From Gammaproteobacteria bacterium (GTDB lineage: Bacteria; Pseudomonadota; Gammaproteobacteria; Eutrophobiales; Eutrophobiaceae), in NCBI GenBank assembly GCA_965221695.1, contig OZ244905.1:2144001-2208000 (forward strand): a stretch of 64,000 nucleotides of DNA. Reading direction: 5' to 3'. The notes under the pieces are model-generated. The model was not told the DNA's origin and searched no databases. It was given only the letters and a program-made list of their open reading frames with translations. This document shows, one piece after another, positions 43,027 through 53,648 of this stretch. The translations under genes and the position numbers were made by a program. How positions within the stretch are numbered: the first letter of the stretch is position 1; the number at the start of each line of letters is the position of its first letter.

Positions 43027-43697
43027 AAACAGGCTGCCTCTGCGCCCTTGTTTTCCTGTTTGCTTGCGGCTGCGCCGCGCCAGAGTCGGGTTATTTTCCG
43101 ACCGCGCCCGGACATGAATGGACCTATGACATAAGCAGAACAAGTACGGAAAACCAAATCCCGATCAAACAAAAATCCATTGTTCGCAACTTACCGGCCA
43201 GGATGATAGATGGCATCGTCTACCACCCGAAGATATATGCGAACGGCAAAGAACATTATTTTACCCGTTCAACCCAGGGGATCAGTCACACAACCTCAGG
43301 ATTTGAGCGCACAGAACCTGTTATCGGATATCCATTGAACGTGGGCAATGAATGGAACGCCGGCTCTCGACTTTACTTGTTCGACCTGCCGAGAAAACTG
43401 GCTGGCGCTTGGGACAGGCTCAGTCGCGGCCTGGTATTGGATTACACCATTGCCAGCCTGGACGATCCTGTGGATGTGCCTGCCGGATATTTCCCCCGTT
43501 GCCTGCGTATCGACGCAGTCGGTTTCCTGGATCTGCCGCGCCGCCTCATGCTTGGCATCCGGATCATCAAGGTTGAGCAGAGCCAGTGGTACGCGCCGGG
43601 AGTCGGCCTGGTCAAGATGACCCGCAAGGAATATGCCATCCCGAATCTCTACCCAAGCGAATATACCCAGACACTTGTCTCATTCAAACGGAAGTAA
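43023..43697 (+). CDS. Hypothetical lipoprotein
   Basis: Lipobox-like LFACGC, YFP..PG.EWTY, VPAGYF..C, WYAPGVGLVK; overlaps the bepA stop. Confidence 0.75.
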   Translation: MKTGCLCALVFLFACGCAAPESGYFPTAPGHEWTYDISRTSTENQIPIKQKSIVRNLPARMIDGIVYHPKIYANGKEHYFTRSTQGISHTTSGFERTEPVIGYPLNVGNEWNAGSRLYLFDLPRKLAGAWDRLSRGLVLDYTIASLDDPVDVPAGYFPRCLRIDAVGFLDLPRRLMLGIRIIKVEQSQWYAPGVGLVKMTRKEYAIPNLYPSEYTQTLVSFKRK

Positions 43698-43771
43698 TAT
43701 GCCGGCAACATGGCGCAACCAACAGATATGCGTTTGCCCTGGCTTGCTCAAGGAAATTTTAACTCAACTAT

Positions 43772-43800
43772 TTTACCGCGAACAGAATCTCCGGTATCAT
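43772..43800 (+). promoter_or_regulatory. Candidate sigma70 promoter of tRNA-Lys
   Basis: TTTACC-17-TATCAT. Confidence 0.45.
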
Positions 43801-43861
43801 CTCTCCTTGATGCGATTGTCATGGGCGTCCCCCCGCCGTAACGCATGCTGATGTTATTCCC

Positions 43862-43934
43862 GGGTCGTTAGCTCAGTCGGTAGAGCAGCTGACTTTTAAT
43901 CAGTTGGTCGCAGGTTCGATTCCTGCACGACCCA
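43862..43934 (+). tRNA. tRNA-Lys (anticodon TTT), CCA not encoded
   Basis: GGGTCGT acceptor, anticodon loop CTTTTAA, GTTCGATTC T-loop. Ends ACGACCCA, followed by TCT instead of CCA. Confidence 0.97.
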
Positions 43935-44124
43935 TCTTTACCGGTCCGGACAGTTTCAACCCGTTGTGCCGCGGCAAGCCGCGCAGGCGCGACGCTTGAA
44001 AAATTCGTTTTGGAATAATAATTCACCTATAATGTAGGAAGCTCTGGCTGAATCAGAGGTTTCTGTAGCTAAAACGCCGGGATGCACTGTCCGGCGCGGC
44101 CCGCCACTCCAACAGGAGAGTGTT

Positions 44125-44682
44125 ATGCTTGTTAAAAATACCGAAAAAGAATACGGACTGGTCAGTAAAACCTGGCATTGGCTGGTCCTGGCCATCGTCA
44201 TCGTGCTGATCGTCATTGCCTCCATGTCCGAGGAGCTTCCTCAGGGACAGGAAAAACTGGAACTTGTGCTGTTGCACGCCTCATTCGGCTTGCTGCTCCT
44301 GTTCGTTCTGGCAGCGCGCCTGCTCTGGCGCTGGACGAACGTCACGCCGGCGCGCCTGCCGCACGTGCCGACCTGGCAGCATATCGCGTCCCGGGTTGTC
44401 CACTACAGCCTCTATATCACGCTGTTTGCCCAGGCCCTGAGCGGTATGGCCCGGTTTGCCACGGCCGGCTACAAGGTACCTTTCTTCGGACTGTTTGAAG
44501 TGGCCTTCCCGATGGACAAGAACGAGGCCATGAACGAACTGGTCGGGACCCTGCATGAGATATTTCCGATCATACTGCTGGCGTTGCTGGCGCTGCACGT
44601 GTGCGCCGCTCTGTACCACCATTTCCGGTTGCAAGATGACACGCTCAGGCGTATGACTTTCGGCATGAATTCGGGAAAATAG
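44125..44682 (+). CDS. Cytochrome b561 (CybB/YceJ family)
   Basis: YG.VSKTWHW, LHASFG, VHYSLY, LHE, LHVCAALYHH..QDDTLRRM; four TM helices. Confidence 0.9.
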   Translation: MLVKNTEKEYGLVSKTWHWLVLAIVIVLIVIASMSEELPQGQEKLELVLLHASFGLLLLFVLAARLLWRWTNVTPARLPHVPTWQHIASRVVHYSLYITLFAQALSGMARFATAGYKVPFFGLFEVAFPMDKNEAMNELVGTLHEIFPIILLALLALHVCAALYHHFRLQDDTLRRMTFGMNSGK

Positions 44683-44916
44683 ACAGTCGCCCGCGGCGCT
44701 AAGCAATCGAGCGCTTTTCTTTTTCCTCTCCCAGGGAAATAAGCAACCGGTGTCTGGCGCTTAAACGGCAGCTCGGGGATCAGGATTCAAAACATGCGCG
44801 GCCCTAATCGCAGATAGAATCTGCGGTTGCTGAAATACATTTTGCCAGTCTGTGGTAAACTACGCGCGTTTCTGGTCTGTCAGGAGCCCATAAGATACCC
44901 TGGGGAGATAAGCGAA

Positions 44917-47409
44917 ATGATTAATTCAAAGCGTGGGCTGTCACATTACTCGCTGGCGTTGCTCGCGAGCGGATTCCTGGTCGCGGCAAGCGGCGTTGCC
45001 GGCGCTCAGGGCATAGAGGAAATCATTGTTACCGCACAGAAACGGGAACAATCCTTGCAGGATGTGCCCATTTCCATTTCCACTTTCAGCGGAGAGTTTC
45101 TGGAGGATTCGGGCATCGACACCCTGCAGCAACTCGGACAGTATACACCGAACCTGAGCCTGGCCTACTCCAGCCAGTTGGCGAACAATCGCATCATCCT
45201 GCGCGGGGTCGGATCGGTGGGCAACAGCGCTATAGAACCCAGCGTAGCGGTATTCGTGGATGGGGTTTATATCCCGCGACCGTCATCGGTTATTGGCACC
45301 CTCACGGACCTGGATATTGTCGAAGTCCTGCGTGGTCCCCAGGGCACGTTGTTCGGGCGCAACGCCTCCATGGGCGCGTTAAATATCCGCACCAGGAAGC
45401 CCGAAGAGGAATTCTCCGGGAACATCCGGGCCAGTTACGGAAATTATGACCACGCGCAGGTGTCTGGCGCGCTGAGCGGCGGCTTGGCGCCGGGCATAGC
45501 CGGCCGCCTGGCTTTTCAGTATTCCGACCGGAATGGCTATGGCGAGAACAGCTTCACCCGGGATGGCAGCGACAGCGATGTGGGCGATTGGGATGACCTT
45601 GGCCTGCGCGCAAAGCTGTTTTTTGAGCCGTCCACGGAGCTTGACATTGCCCTGACGGCCGATTACTCCCGGATCAATAATGGCGGTAGTGTGATTGAGG
45701 CGCTGTCGGACACGGTGTTGCCGGAATATTTGGGGATTCTGCGCGCGATTCTGTCTCCCACCGATATTCTCACCATGCCCTCCGGCGAACTGCCGGAAAC
45801 GGTGGATAGCTTTGATAACAATGTCCACCAGGACCACCGGGACGATGCCAAGGATGAGCAATGGGGCATCGCCGGCAATATCGACTGGCGCCTGGGCAGC
45901 CATAGCGTCCGTTCCATAACCGGCTACAGGAAATGGTCCAATGACACACTGGATGAATCTATCCTGCGGCTACCGATGGACTTGATCCGGCGCATCACTT
46001 TCTACGATGTGGAGACCGTGTCCCAGGAACTACAGATACTATCACCGACCGGCGGATTCATCGAGTACGTTGCCGGCGCGTATTTCTACCAGGAAGATTA
46101 CGAAATCGACCAGTCTTTCGACCAGGGACCGGACTTCTGCACGCCGGTTGTCAGCAACCTGTTCACGAGTAACTTTCTGAGTTTCAACCTCAGTCCCCAG
46201 ACTGCCCAATTTCTCGCCGCCGGTGTAGGCAGGGACTGTGATGAAGCGGCGCAAACCAATGCTCTGTTTACCCGTTTCAGACAGGAAGTCAGCAACTACG
46301 CACTGTATGGCCAGTTGACTGTCAATGTTACGGACCAACTGCGCGTAACCGGGGGGGTTCGCTGGACCGACAGTAACAAGGATGGGAGCTTTCTCAGCGT
46401 GGTCAACAACCCGATTTCCGCGCCGCCTTCGCCTCAGAATCCCTTCACCATCGACTTGCGCATACCGGAACAGCATCCGGACCTTAAATATGATGAGGAA
46501 GAGCTGACCTGGTTGGCAAATATCAGTTATTCACCCGTCGATGGCGTAATGCTGTTTGCCACCTATGCCACTGGTTTCAGGTCAGGCGGTTTTAACCCCG
46601 AAGGCTTTGATTCCATTGCCGCGGCTACCGGCGCTGACCGGGTGTATGAGACGGAAACGGTGGACAATATCGAAATTGGCGCCAAGGGAGGGTTGTTTGA
46701 TAACCGGGTAGTGGTCAACCTGAACTATTTTCATACGGAAATCGATGATCTCCAGGATCGCAAGTTCGACGGCGTAAATTTCCTTATGCAGAACGTCGAA
46801 GAGCTCACCCAGCAAGGTGTTGAGTTGGACATCCAGGCGCGCCCTGTGGAACAGCTTTATGCCGTTCTGGGAGTGAGTTACCTGGATTCCGATTTCGGCA
46901 ATTTTCCCGACGCCACCAGCCAGCCGGCCGACATCGCCGCTTACCGGAGATCCGTCCAGGTGAGCCGGTTTCTGGGCACCCCCGTGGCGGAGTTGGCGCC
47001 TCGGGACCTGACCGGAGACAGGAACCACTTCTCGCCGCAGTGGCAATTGTCACTCGTAGCCGAATGGTCTGATCGTCTCCCGATTCACGGTCTGGGCTGG
47101 TTTGCGCGCGCGGAATACCAGTATGTTTCCGAACAGAATGTCGGTTCGGACACGAACCAGTCGCCGCAGACGATGCAACCGGGCTACGATATCGTTAACG
47201 CTCGCTTGGGATTGCGCGGCGCCGGCGATAAATGGGAAATCTCCGGCTTCGCGCGCAATATATTTGATCAGGATTATTGTCAGGTGATATTCATCCAGCC
47301 CCTGGCCACCTCGCTGAACCTGGTTGACCCGGTAACCGGGGGTGGCATGCAGCGTTGCGTTGTCGGAGCGCCGCGGGTATGGGGAGTGGAAGTGGCATAC
47401 CGTTTCTGA
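44917..47409 (+). CDS. TonB-dependent receptor
   Basis: Signal peptide, EEIIVTAQKREQ, VEVLRGPQGTLFGRN, C-terminal AYRF; RBS GGGGAG before ATG 44917. Confidence 0.93.
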   Translation: MINSKRGLSHYSLALLASGFLVAASGVAGAQGIEEIIVTAQKREQSLQDVPISISTFSGEFLEDSGIDTLQQLGQYTPNLSLAYSSQLANNRIILRGVGSVGNSAIEPSVAVFVDGVYIPRPSSVIGTLTDLDIVEVLRGPQGTLFGRNASMGALNIRTRKPEEEFSGNIRASYGNYDHAQVSGALSGGLAPGIAGRLAFQYSDRNGYGENSFTRDGSDSDVGDWDDLGLRAKLFFEPSTELDIALTADYSRINNGGSVIEALSDTVLPEYLGILRAILSPTDILTMPSGELPETVDSFDNNVHQDHRDDAKDEQWGIAGNIDWRLGSHSVRSITGYRKWSNDTLDESILRLPMDLIRRITFYDVETVSQELQILSPTGGFIEYVAGAYFYQEDYEIDQSFDQGPDFCTPVVSNLFTSNFLSFNLSPQTAQFLAAGVGRDCDEAAQTNALFTRFRQEVSNYALYGQLTVNVTDQLRVTGGVRWTDSNKDGSFLSVVNNPISAPPSPQNPFTIDLRIPEQHPDLKYDEEELTWLANISYSPVDGVMLFATYATGFRSGGFNPEGFDSIAAATGADRVYETETVDNIEIGAKGGLFDNRVVVNLNYFHTEIDDLQDRKFDGVNFLMQNVEELTQQGVELDIQARPVEQLYAVLGVSYLDSDFGNFPDATSQPADIAAYRRSVQVSRFLGTPVAELAPRDLTGDRNHFSPQWQLSLVAEWSDRLPIHGLGWFARAEYQYVSEQNVGSDTNQSPQTMQPGYDIVNARLGLRGAGDKWEISGFARNIFDQDYCQVIFIQPLATSLNLVDPVTGGGMQRCVVGAPRVWGVEVAYRF

Positions 47410-47431
47410 TTCCAGGAATTCTTTTTGAAGA

Positions 47432-47460
47432 CTTGAAATTCCGCTAAGCCGACACTATTT
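47432..47460 (+). promoter_or_regulatory. Candidate sigma-32 promoter
   Basis: CTTGAAA-N14-CACTATTT versus consensus CTTGAAA-N13-14-CCCCATNT. Confidence 0.4.
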
Positions 47461-47493
47461 TTCCTGCTGTTCTATCAATCAGAGGGCCGCGCC

Positions 47494-47862
47494 TTGCCAA
47501 TTTATGAGTACCAATGCCGTAATTGCGGTCATAAGCTCGAGAAATTGCAGAAGATCTCCGATCCGCCGCTGACGGATTGCCCGGCCTGTGGGCAACACAG
47601 CCTGCGCAAACTAGTGTCTCCGGTTGCTTTCCGGCTCAAGGGTGGCGGCTGGTACGAAACGGACTTCAAGGAAGATAAATCCCGCAGAAATCTGGCCAAG
47701 GATGATGACAAAAGCGCAGATTCCGACACCGCCAAGACCGCGGGAGACGAGAGCAAAACCAAGGCGAAAACCACAGAAAAAGTTACCGGCAGCGCCAGCG
47801 AGACAAAGACCGCCGCGCAGCCGTCTGACAAGCGCGCCACGCCGCCCGCTCCCGCTGGCTGA
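47494..47862 (+). CDS. FmdB family zinc-ribbon protein
   Basis: MPIYEYQCRNC...CPAC...FRLKGGGWYETDF; low-complexity tail. Confidence 0.92.
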   Translation: MPIYEYQCRNCGHKLEKLQKISDPPLTDCPACGQHSLRKLVSPVAFRLKGGGWYETDFKEDKSRRNLAKDDDKSADSDTAKTAGDESKTKAKTTEKVTGSASETKTAAQPSDKRATPPAPAG

Positions 47863-47918
47863 GCAAGTTAAGAATATGGTATCCTGCACCGGTTTTATGC
47901 CGGGGCGCCGGCTTTTGC

Positions 47919-47953
47919 TTAGGAACCTCTGATAAAGTCAGAGTTTCCCTTAA
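47919..47953. repeat. Short inverted repeat (possible MITE/IS scar or hairpin)
   Basis: GGAACCTCTGA-N5-TCAGAGTTTCC (10/11 match), flanked by TTA and TTAA. Confidence 0.35.
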
Positions 47954-47966
47954 TATATACATATAA

Positions 47967-48611
47967 ATGACTGCTTTGCGGAAATACATAATAGCTGGTT
48001 TGCTGGTTTGGCTGCCTCTGGTCATTACTGTAGCCATCATCAAGTTTGTTATCGACCTCCTGGATGGCACTATTCTGTTGTTGCCGCCGGAATATCGACC
48101 AGAAGCATTGTTGGGTTTCAGCATTCCGGGTGCGGGTATTGTTCTTGCGTTCGGCGTTCTGGTTCTCACTGGAATGTTTGCCGCCAACCTGCTGGGCCGA
48201 CGCTTGGTAAAGTTGTGGGAGACGGCGTTGGGAAAGATTCCGCTGGTGCGGAACATCTACAACAGCGTGAAGCAGATAGCTACTACCCTGCTGGCCTCCC
48301 AGAGCAAGTCATTTCGCAAGGTGGTCCTGGTCGAGTATCCGCGCAAGGACAGTTGGTGTATCGGCTTCCTGGTAAATGAGCAGCTTGATACCGACCACGC
48401 GATCACCGACCTGCAACTGCAGTCCATTTATCTGCCGACAACGCCCAACCCGACCTCCGGTTTCAACCTGCTGCTGCCACAACGGGACATCATAGAGCTG
48501 GATATGTCGGTGGAAGACGGGTTCAAGTTCATCATCTCCATGGGAGTCATTGTCCCCGACGGCAAGATCAAACGTCTCATGCAGGAACACGCCGGCGCAG
48601 CCGGTTCCTGA
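47967..48611 (+). CDS. DUF502 membrane protein
   Basis: AGLLVWLPL, IPLVRNIY, VLVEYPR, YLPTTPNPTSGF; usual position before aspS. Confidence 0.92.
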   Translation: MTALRKYIIAGLLVWLPLVITVAIIKFVIDLLDGTILLLPPEYRPEALLGFSIPGAGIVLAFGVLVLTGMFAANLLGRRLVKLWETALGKIPLVRNIYNSVKQIATTLLASQSKSFRKVVLVEYPRKDSWCIGFLVNEQLDTDHAITDLQLQSIYLPTTPNPTSGFNLLLPQRDIIELDMSVEDGFKFIISMGVIVPDGKIKRLMQEHAGAAGS

Positions 48612-48641
48612 TCGGCGCGGTTTACCGGGCAGGAGCGACCC

Positions 48642-50417
48642 ATGCGCAGCCATTATTGCGGACAACTGACGGCAGCCATGATCGGTGAGGAGGTTGCGCT
48701 ATGCGGCTGGGTACACCGGCGGCGGGATCATGGCGGGGTAATTTTTATCGACTTGCGCGACCGGGAAGGACTGGCCCAGGTGGTCTATGATCCCGACCGC
48801 GCAGAATCCTTTGCCGTGGCCGAATCGCTCAGAAATGAGTACGTGGTGCGCGTGACCGGACGGGTGCGCCGGCGCCCGGAGGGCACGCTCAACCCGAATA
48901 TGCCGACCGGCGAGGTGGAAGTGCTGGGGCACACGCTGGAACTGTTGAACAAGGCCAGGACCCCGCCGTTCCAGTTGGACGATGAGAACGTGCAGGATGA
49001 TATACGCCTGCGTTACCGCTACGTGGACTTGCGCCGTGAGACCATGCAGGAAAATATCAAGTTACGCAGCCGGGTCACCCGCGCCATCCGCGCGTACCTT
49101 GACGAGCGCGGTTTTCTTGATATTGAAACCCCGGCGCTGACCCGGGCAACCCCGGAAGGCGCACGCGATTACCTGGTACCGAGCCGGACCCAGCGCGGCG
49201 GCTTCTTCGCGCTGCCGCAATCGCCGCAGTTGTTCAAGCAGCTACTGATGATGTCCGGTATGGATCGTTACTACCAGATCGTCCGCTGCTTCCGCGACGA
49301 AGACCTGCGCGCGGACCGGCAACCGGAATTTACCCAGCTCGATATGGAAATGTCGTTTGTTGATGAGGCCGACATCACCGCACTGGTGGAGGGCATGATC
49401 CGCGACCTGTTCAGGCAGGTGAGGGGTATTGAACTGGCGGACCCGTTCCCGCGCATGACGTACCATACAGCGATGCAACGCTACGGCACGGACCGTCCGG
49501 ACCTGCGCAACCCACTGGAACTGGTCGAGGTCGGCGACCTGATGCAACAAGTGGAATTCAAGGTGTTTTCCGGCCCGGCAAACCAGGCAAACGGCCGTGT
49601 GGCCGCGCTGCGCCTGCCCGGCGGAAATAGCCTCACGCGCAAGGAGATCGACGATTATACCGCGTATGTGGCGAAGTTCGGCGCTCGGGGACTTGCGTAT
49701 ATCAAGGTCAATGACCTGGACAAGGGCAAAGACGGGCTGCAGTCACCCATCCTGAAATTCCTGCCCGGGGAAACGGTCCAGGCCGTATTGCAGCGTACCG
49801 GGGCGCAGACCGGGGACCTCGTGTTCTTCGGCGCCGACAAGGCCCGCATCGTCAACGACTCGCTCGGCGCGCTGCGTACAGCGCTGGGTGAGGACCTGAA
49901 GTTGCTGCAGGGAGACTGGGCGCCACTCTGGGTCGTCGATTTTCCCTTATTCGAATATAACGACGCGGAACAGCGCTGGGATTCCCTGCACCACCCGTTT
50001 ACCGCACCGCAGGCGCAAGAGCCGGATGGCGACCTGCATCAGGGCTTGTCGCGCGCCTACGACCTGGTACTTAACGGTATGGAGCTGGGCGGCGGTTCGA
50101 TCCGTATCCATGAGCCGAAAATGCAACTGAAGGCGCTGCAACTGCTGGGCATTGATGAGGAGCAGGCGCGGGAGAAGTTCGGTTTCCTGATTGATGCCCT
50201 GTCATATGGCTGCCCGCCCCACGGCGGCATCGCGCTGGGCCTGGATCGTATCGTCATGATCATGGCCGGCGCCAAAGGGATCCGGGATGTGATCGCGTTT
50301 CCCAAGACCCAGACCGCCAGTTGCCTGCTCACGGACGCCCCCGCTGCTGCTTCGCCGGAACAGTTGCGTGAACTGGGGATAAGACTGGTCTATAATTCCA
50401 AACAAGCATCTGACTAA
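48642..50417 (+). CDS. aspS: Aspartyl-tRNA synthetase (probably non-discriminating Asp/Asn type)
   Basis: MRSHYCG, RRRDHGG (His seen in non-discriminating enzymes), [26 protein letters not shown]. Confidence 0.98.
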   Translation: MRSHYCGQLTAAMIGEEVALCGWVHRRRDHGGVIFIDLRDREGLAQVVYDPDRAESFAVAESLRNEYVVRVTGRVRRRPEGTLNPNMPTGEVEVLGHTLELLNKARTPPFQLDDENVQDDIRLRYRYVDLRRETMQENIKLRSRVTRAIRAYLDERGFLDIETPALTRATPEGARDYLVPSRTQRGGFFALPQSPQLFKQLLMMSGMDRYYQIVRCFRDEDLRADRQPEFTQLDMEMSFVDEADITALVEGMIRDLFRQVRGIELADPFPRMTYHTAMQRYGTDRPDLRNPLELVEVGDLMQQVEFKVFSGPANQANGRVAALRLPGGNSLTRKEIDDYTAYVAKFGARGLAYIKVNDLDKGKDGLQSPILKFLPGETVQAVLQRTGAQTGDLVFFGADKARIVNDSLGALRTALGEDLKLLQGDWAPLWVVDFPLFEYNDAEQRWDSLHHPFTAPQAQEPDGDLHQGLSRAYDLVLNGMELGGGSIRIHEPKMQLKALQLLGIDEEQAREKFGFLIDALSYGCPPHGGIALGLDRIVMIMAGAKGIRDVIAFPKTQTASCLLTDAPAAASPEQLRELGIRLVYNSKQASD

Positions 50418-50461
50418 GTCAGGGTTTGAAGCCATACTCAGGAGAGAAGCTAAATAAAGTC

Positions 50462-53400
50462 ATGATTCGGCAGTCTGTCATCGCGTTGTTTCTGCTTGTT
50501 TGCGGTCTGCCGAGCCATGCCGAACAGGCGACCAACCAGGCCGAAGAGCAACAACCCCAGGCTGCAGAGAAGCTAGAACAGGAACCCGCTCAACAGGATG
50601 AAACGCAGCAAACGGAACAGGACGCCGAGCAACCTGGCGGGGACACAGCGACGGCGCCGGATGCAGAAACCGACGAAGAACCCGCACAGCCTGTTGTCAC
50701 CGAGGCGCCGGAGGAAATTATCGTCACCGGATCGCGCATTCGCCGCGATGCGTTCACATCGGCGCTACCGGTAACCGTCATCACCGAGGAAAGCGCGATC
50801 CTCGCGGGCATGGCCAATACCGCAGAGGTTCTGCAATCCAGCGCACTGGCCTCCGGCCCCCAGATCGACAACAGTTTCGGCGGGTTTGTCGTGTCGGGCG
50901 GCCCCGGGGTGAACACCTTTGGCCTGCGCAGTCTGGATCCGGGCCGAACGCTGATGCTGGTGAACGGCAAGCGCTTTACCCCGGCAGGCACCCGCGGCCA
51001 GGTAAACAGCGTCGACCTGAACTCGATCCCGGATGTCGCGATTGACCGCATCGAAATATTGAAGGACGGCGCTTCCTCGATCTATGGCGCGGACGCGATC
51101 GCCGGGGTGGTGAACATCATCACCAAGCGGCGTTTCGATGACGTCATTGTTGAAGGCTATTACCAGGATGAGTTGGATTACGGTTCCGTGAGCGGACTGT
51201 TCGGCAAGACCTGGGACCGCGGCTATGTTGACGCCGCCATCGAATTTACCACCATGGGGCCGGTAGGCCGGGACGAACAGGCGTACAGTTTCTGCAATGA
51301 ACGCCCGCTGACCAACGGCGATATCCATCCATCGCTGTATGCGCCGACCCGTGGCCGGTGTTTCGGCTCAGTGTACGGGTTCGTGGATGTGTACGGGTTG
51401 GGCCCGGTGGTTAGCACGGTACGTGATCCCGGCGCCAACTTTGCCGGGATCGGGATCCCCTGGCGCGAATTTGGCATCATTAACGGCGAAGAAACGCCGG
51501 AAGAAGGCTACCGGGACGACCGCAACTGGGGCGTGGAACACATGTTGCCGGAGCGCCGGCGCATCCAGGCGTACAGCGACGGGGGGCTGGATTTCGACTT
51601 GGGCGGGTTGCTGGGGACGGTCAGCGCCGGTTATGAATTCTATTTTACCCATCGTGATGACAACAATAACCGCGGCTACCGGCAGTTCTTCCCTTATGTC
51701 CACCCGGCCAATCCAACCAACCCGTTCGGAAGTATCGGCGGAATCGCCCAGCCGGTGCTGATGAGCTACGACTTGCTGAGCCCGATCACCGAAGTGCGCA
51801 ACGATGTGGGCGCCCTGCGCCTGGCCCTGGAAGGCGACCTGGGCCAGTTTACCTGGAAGCTGGACGGCGGTTATTCCTGGAGCCGCGGAGAATGGACCTA
51901 CGATGTGTTGCTGAAGGACAAGGTGGCGCGCGCCCTGTCCGCTGCCATTGGGCCGGACGGCAACCTGCAGTGTGTGCTGAACCCGGGCCAACTGCAGTTC
52001 GGCGCCAATTTCGATGGGGCGACAGTAGCGCGCGTCCTGGCAGAAGGCCCGGACCCGAACTGTATTCCGCTGGACTTGTTCAGTGAAGACGCGTTGCAGC
52101 GCGGCGCCATTCCCGCAGCCGCCGCGGACTATATCACCGACCGGCAGCAGCTCAAGACCAGTTATGATCTCTGGATCGCAGGGTTTTCCATGGAAGGGCG
52201 GCTGTTTGACCTGCCTGCCGGCGAAGCGCGCGCGGTGGCGGGCATGGACTGGCGCAGCCGCAGCCTGAATGACCGGCCGCCGCCGGCGTCGATCGAAGAC
52301 AACCAATGGGGCTTTACTTCTTCCGGGGTCACCAAAGGCAATGACCGTGTCATCGAAGGCTATACGGAAGTGGAACTGCCGCTGCTATCCGGTTTCAGGG
52401 TCGGCGGCGTCAGCCTGGCGGAAGAACTCACGGTGAACGGCTCTTATCGCTATACCCATTACAGCTCCTACGGCAGTGAATCCACCTGGCGCTTGCTGTT
52501 CAATTACGCGGTCAACCCGGTATTGCGCGTGCGCAGCGCACTCGGCACCTCGTTCCGCGCCCCGGCGCTGTTCCACCTGAAGCTGGCGCCGGTGACCGGC
52601 TTTGTCGCGTCCAGGGCCGACCCTTGCGACCGCTTCCGCGACCCGGCCCAGGACGTGGACCCGAACAGCAACCAGTACCGGAATTGTGAAGCGCTGGAGA
52701 ACCAGGGCGTTATTCCTGCCGATTATTCGCCCACATCAAGCATCCGGGTCACCTCGGGGGGCAATCCCGAACTTGAGGCGGAGTCCTCGGACTCCTGGTC
52801 CCTGGGATTTGTCGTCACACCGGACCTGGCCGGCATGTTTCCGTCCCTGGGCCTGGACCTCAGCGTCGCGTTTGACTACTACGACATCGACCTTGAGAAC
52901 TCGATCTCCCGGCTTAGCGCCAGCGACATCCTGTCGCGTTGTTACAACTCATTGAACTTCAGCGCGGAGGAATGCAGCCTGGTCGGCGCGCGCCGGGAGA
53001 GCGGCGAGCTCGACGGCGTCAATTCCTCGTACATCAATGTCGCGGTGGAACGCTCATCGGGGTATGACATCACGGTGCGCGCCGATCGCGAGTTCTCGTT
53101 CGGCGACCTCAGCGTGGATATCCTGGCCACGCGCCTGCTCGCGTACCAGTACGGCCTGGGCGATGAGAAACCAACCAATTACGCCGGCCGGCACGCGTAT
53201 GCAAGCTGGCGCGGCGAGTCCGATGTGCGTTTTCAGTGGCGCGATTTCACCTTCGTCTGGACCACCGACTACATAGGTTCCACCGACGAGGAACCGATCT
53301 ATACGCTGACCGGGGACAGCAACGTTACCAACGTCGTTGACGCGGATGACCGCTTTTTTCACAATTTCTCCATCCGTTACCGCGACCCGAACCGCCGGTT

Positions 53401-53581
53401 CTACGTGGTGGTGGGCGTGCGCAACCTGTTTGACACGTCCCCGCCGGTAGTGGGTTGGGGACCAAACAGCCCGTCCACTGCGACGGTTGTCGACTACAAT
53501 GTCCCGCTTGGCGCCGGTTACAGCTTGCTCGACCGCAGGATCTTCGCTTCGTTCAGTTATGATCTGTCCTCGTTGTTCTGA
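50462..53581 (+). CDS. Large TonB-dependent receptor with Gln/Glu-rich N-terminal linker
   Basis: Signal peptide, EEIIVTGSRI, RIEILKDGASSIYGADAIAGVVNIITK, SFRAP, NPELEAE, C-terminal Phe. Confidence 0.93.
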   Translation: MIRQSVIALFLLVCGLPSHAEQATNQAEEQQPQAAEKLEQEPAQQDETQQTEQDAEQPGGDTATAPDAETDEEPAQPVVTEAPEEIIVTGSRIRRDAFTSALPVTVITEESAILAGMANTAEVLQSSALASGPQIDNSFGGFVVSGGPGVNTFGLRSLDPGRTLMLVNGKRFTPAGTRGQVNSVDLNSIPDVAIDRIEILKDGASSIYGADAIAGVVNIITKRRFDDVIVEGYYQDELDYGSVSGLFGKTWDRGYVDAAIEFTTMGPVGRDEQAYSFCNERPLTNGDIHPSLYAPTRGRCFGSVYGFVDVYGLGPVVSTVRDPGANFAGIGIPWREFGIINGEETPEEGYRDDRNWGVEHMLPERRRIQAYSDGGLDFDLGGLLGTVSAGYEFYFTHRDDNNNRGYRQFFPYVHPANPTNPFGSIGGIAQPVLMSYDLLSPITEVRNDVGALRLALEGDLGQFTWKLDGGYSWSRGEWTYDVLLKDKVARALSAAIGPDGNLQCVLNPGQLQFGANFDGATVARVLAEGPDPNCIPLDLFSEDALQRGAIPAAAADYITDRQQLKTSYDLWIAGFSMEGRLFDLPAGEARAVAGMDWRSRSLNDRPPPASIEDNQWGFTSSGVTKGNDRVIEGYTEVELPLLSGFRVGGVSLAEELTVNGSYRYTHYSSYGSESTWRLLFNYAVNPVLRVRSALGTSFRAPALFHLKLAPVTGFVASRADPCDRFRDPAQDVDPNSNQYRNCEALENQGVIPADYSPTSSIRVTSGGNPELEAESSDSWSLGFVVTPDLAGMFPSLGLDLSVAFDYYDIDLENSISRLSASDILSRCYNSLNFSAEECSLVGARRESGELDGVNSSYINVAVERSSGYDITVRADREFSFGDLSVDILATRLLAYQYGLGDEKPTNYAGRHAYASWRGESDVRFQWRDFTFVWTTDYIGSTDEEPIYTLTGDSNVTNVVDADDRFFHNFSIRYRDPNRRFYVVVGVRNLFDTSPPVVGWGPNSPSTATVVDYNVPLGAGYSLLDRRIFASFSYDLSSLF

Positions 53582-53648
53582 GCGCCGGGGACTTTCGCCA
53601 ACGGCAGGCATATTGCCGACCGGCGGCCACGGTTCTGACGGCCGGGGG

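Noticed and set aside
43862-47409. Integrative element at tRNA-Lys
   Set aside because: No integrase, and I found no downstream repeat of the tRNA 3' end by eye.
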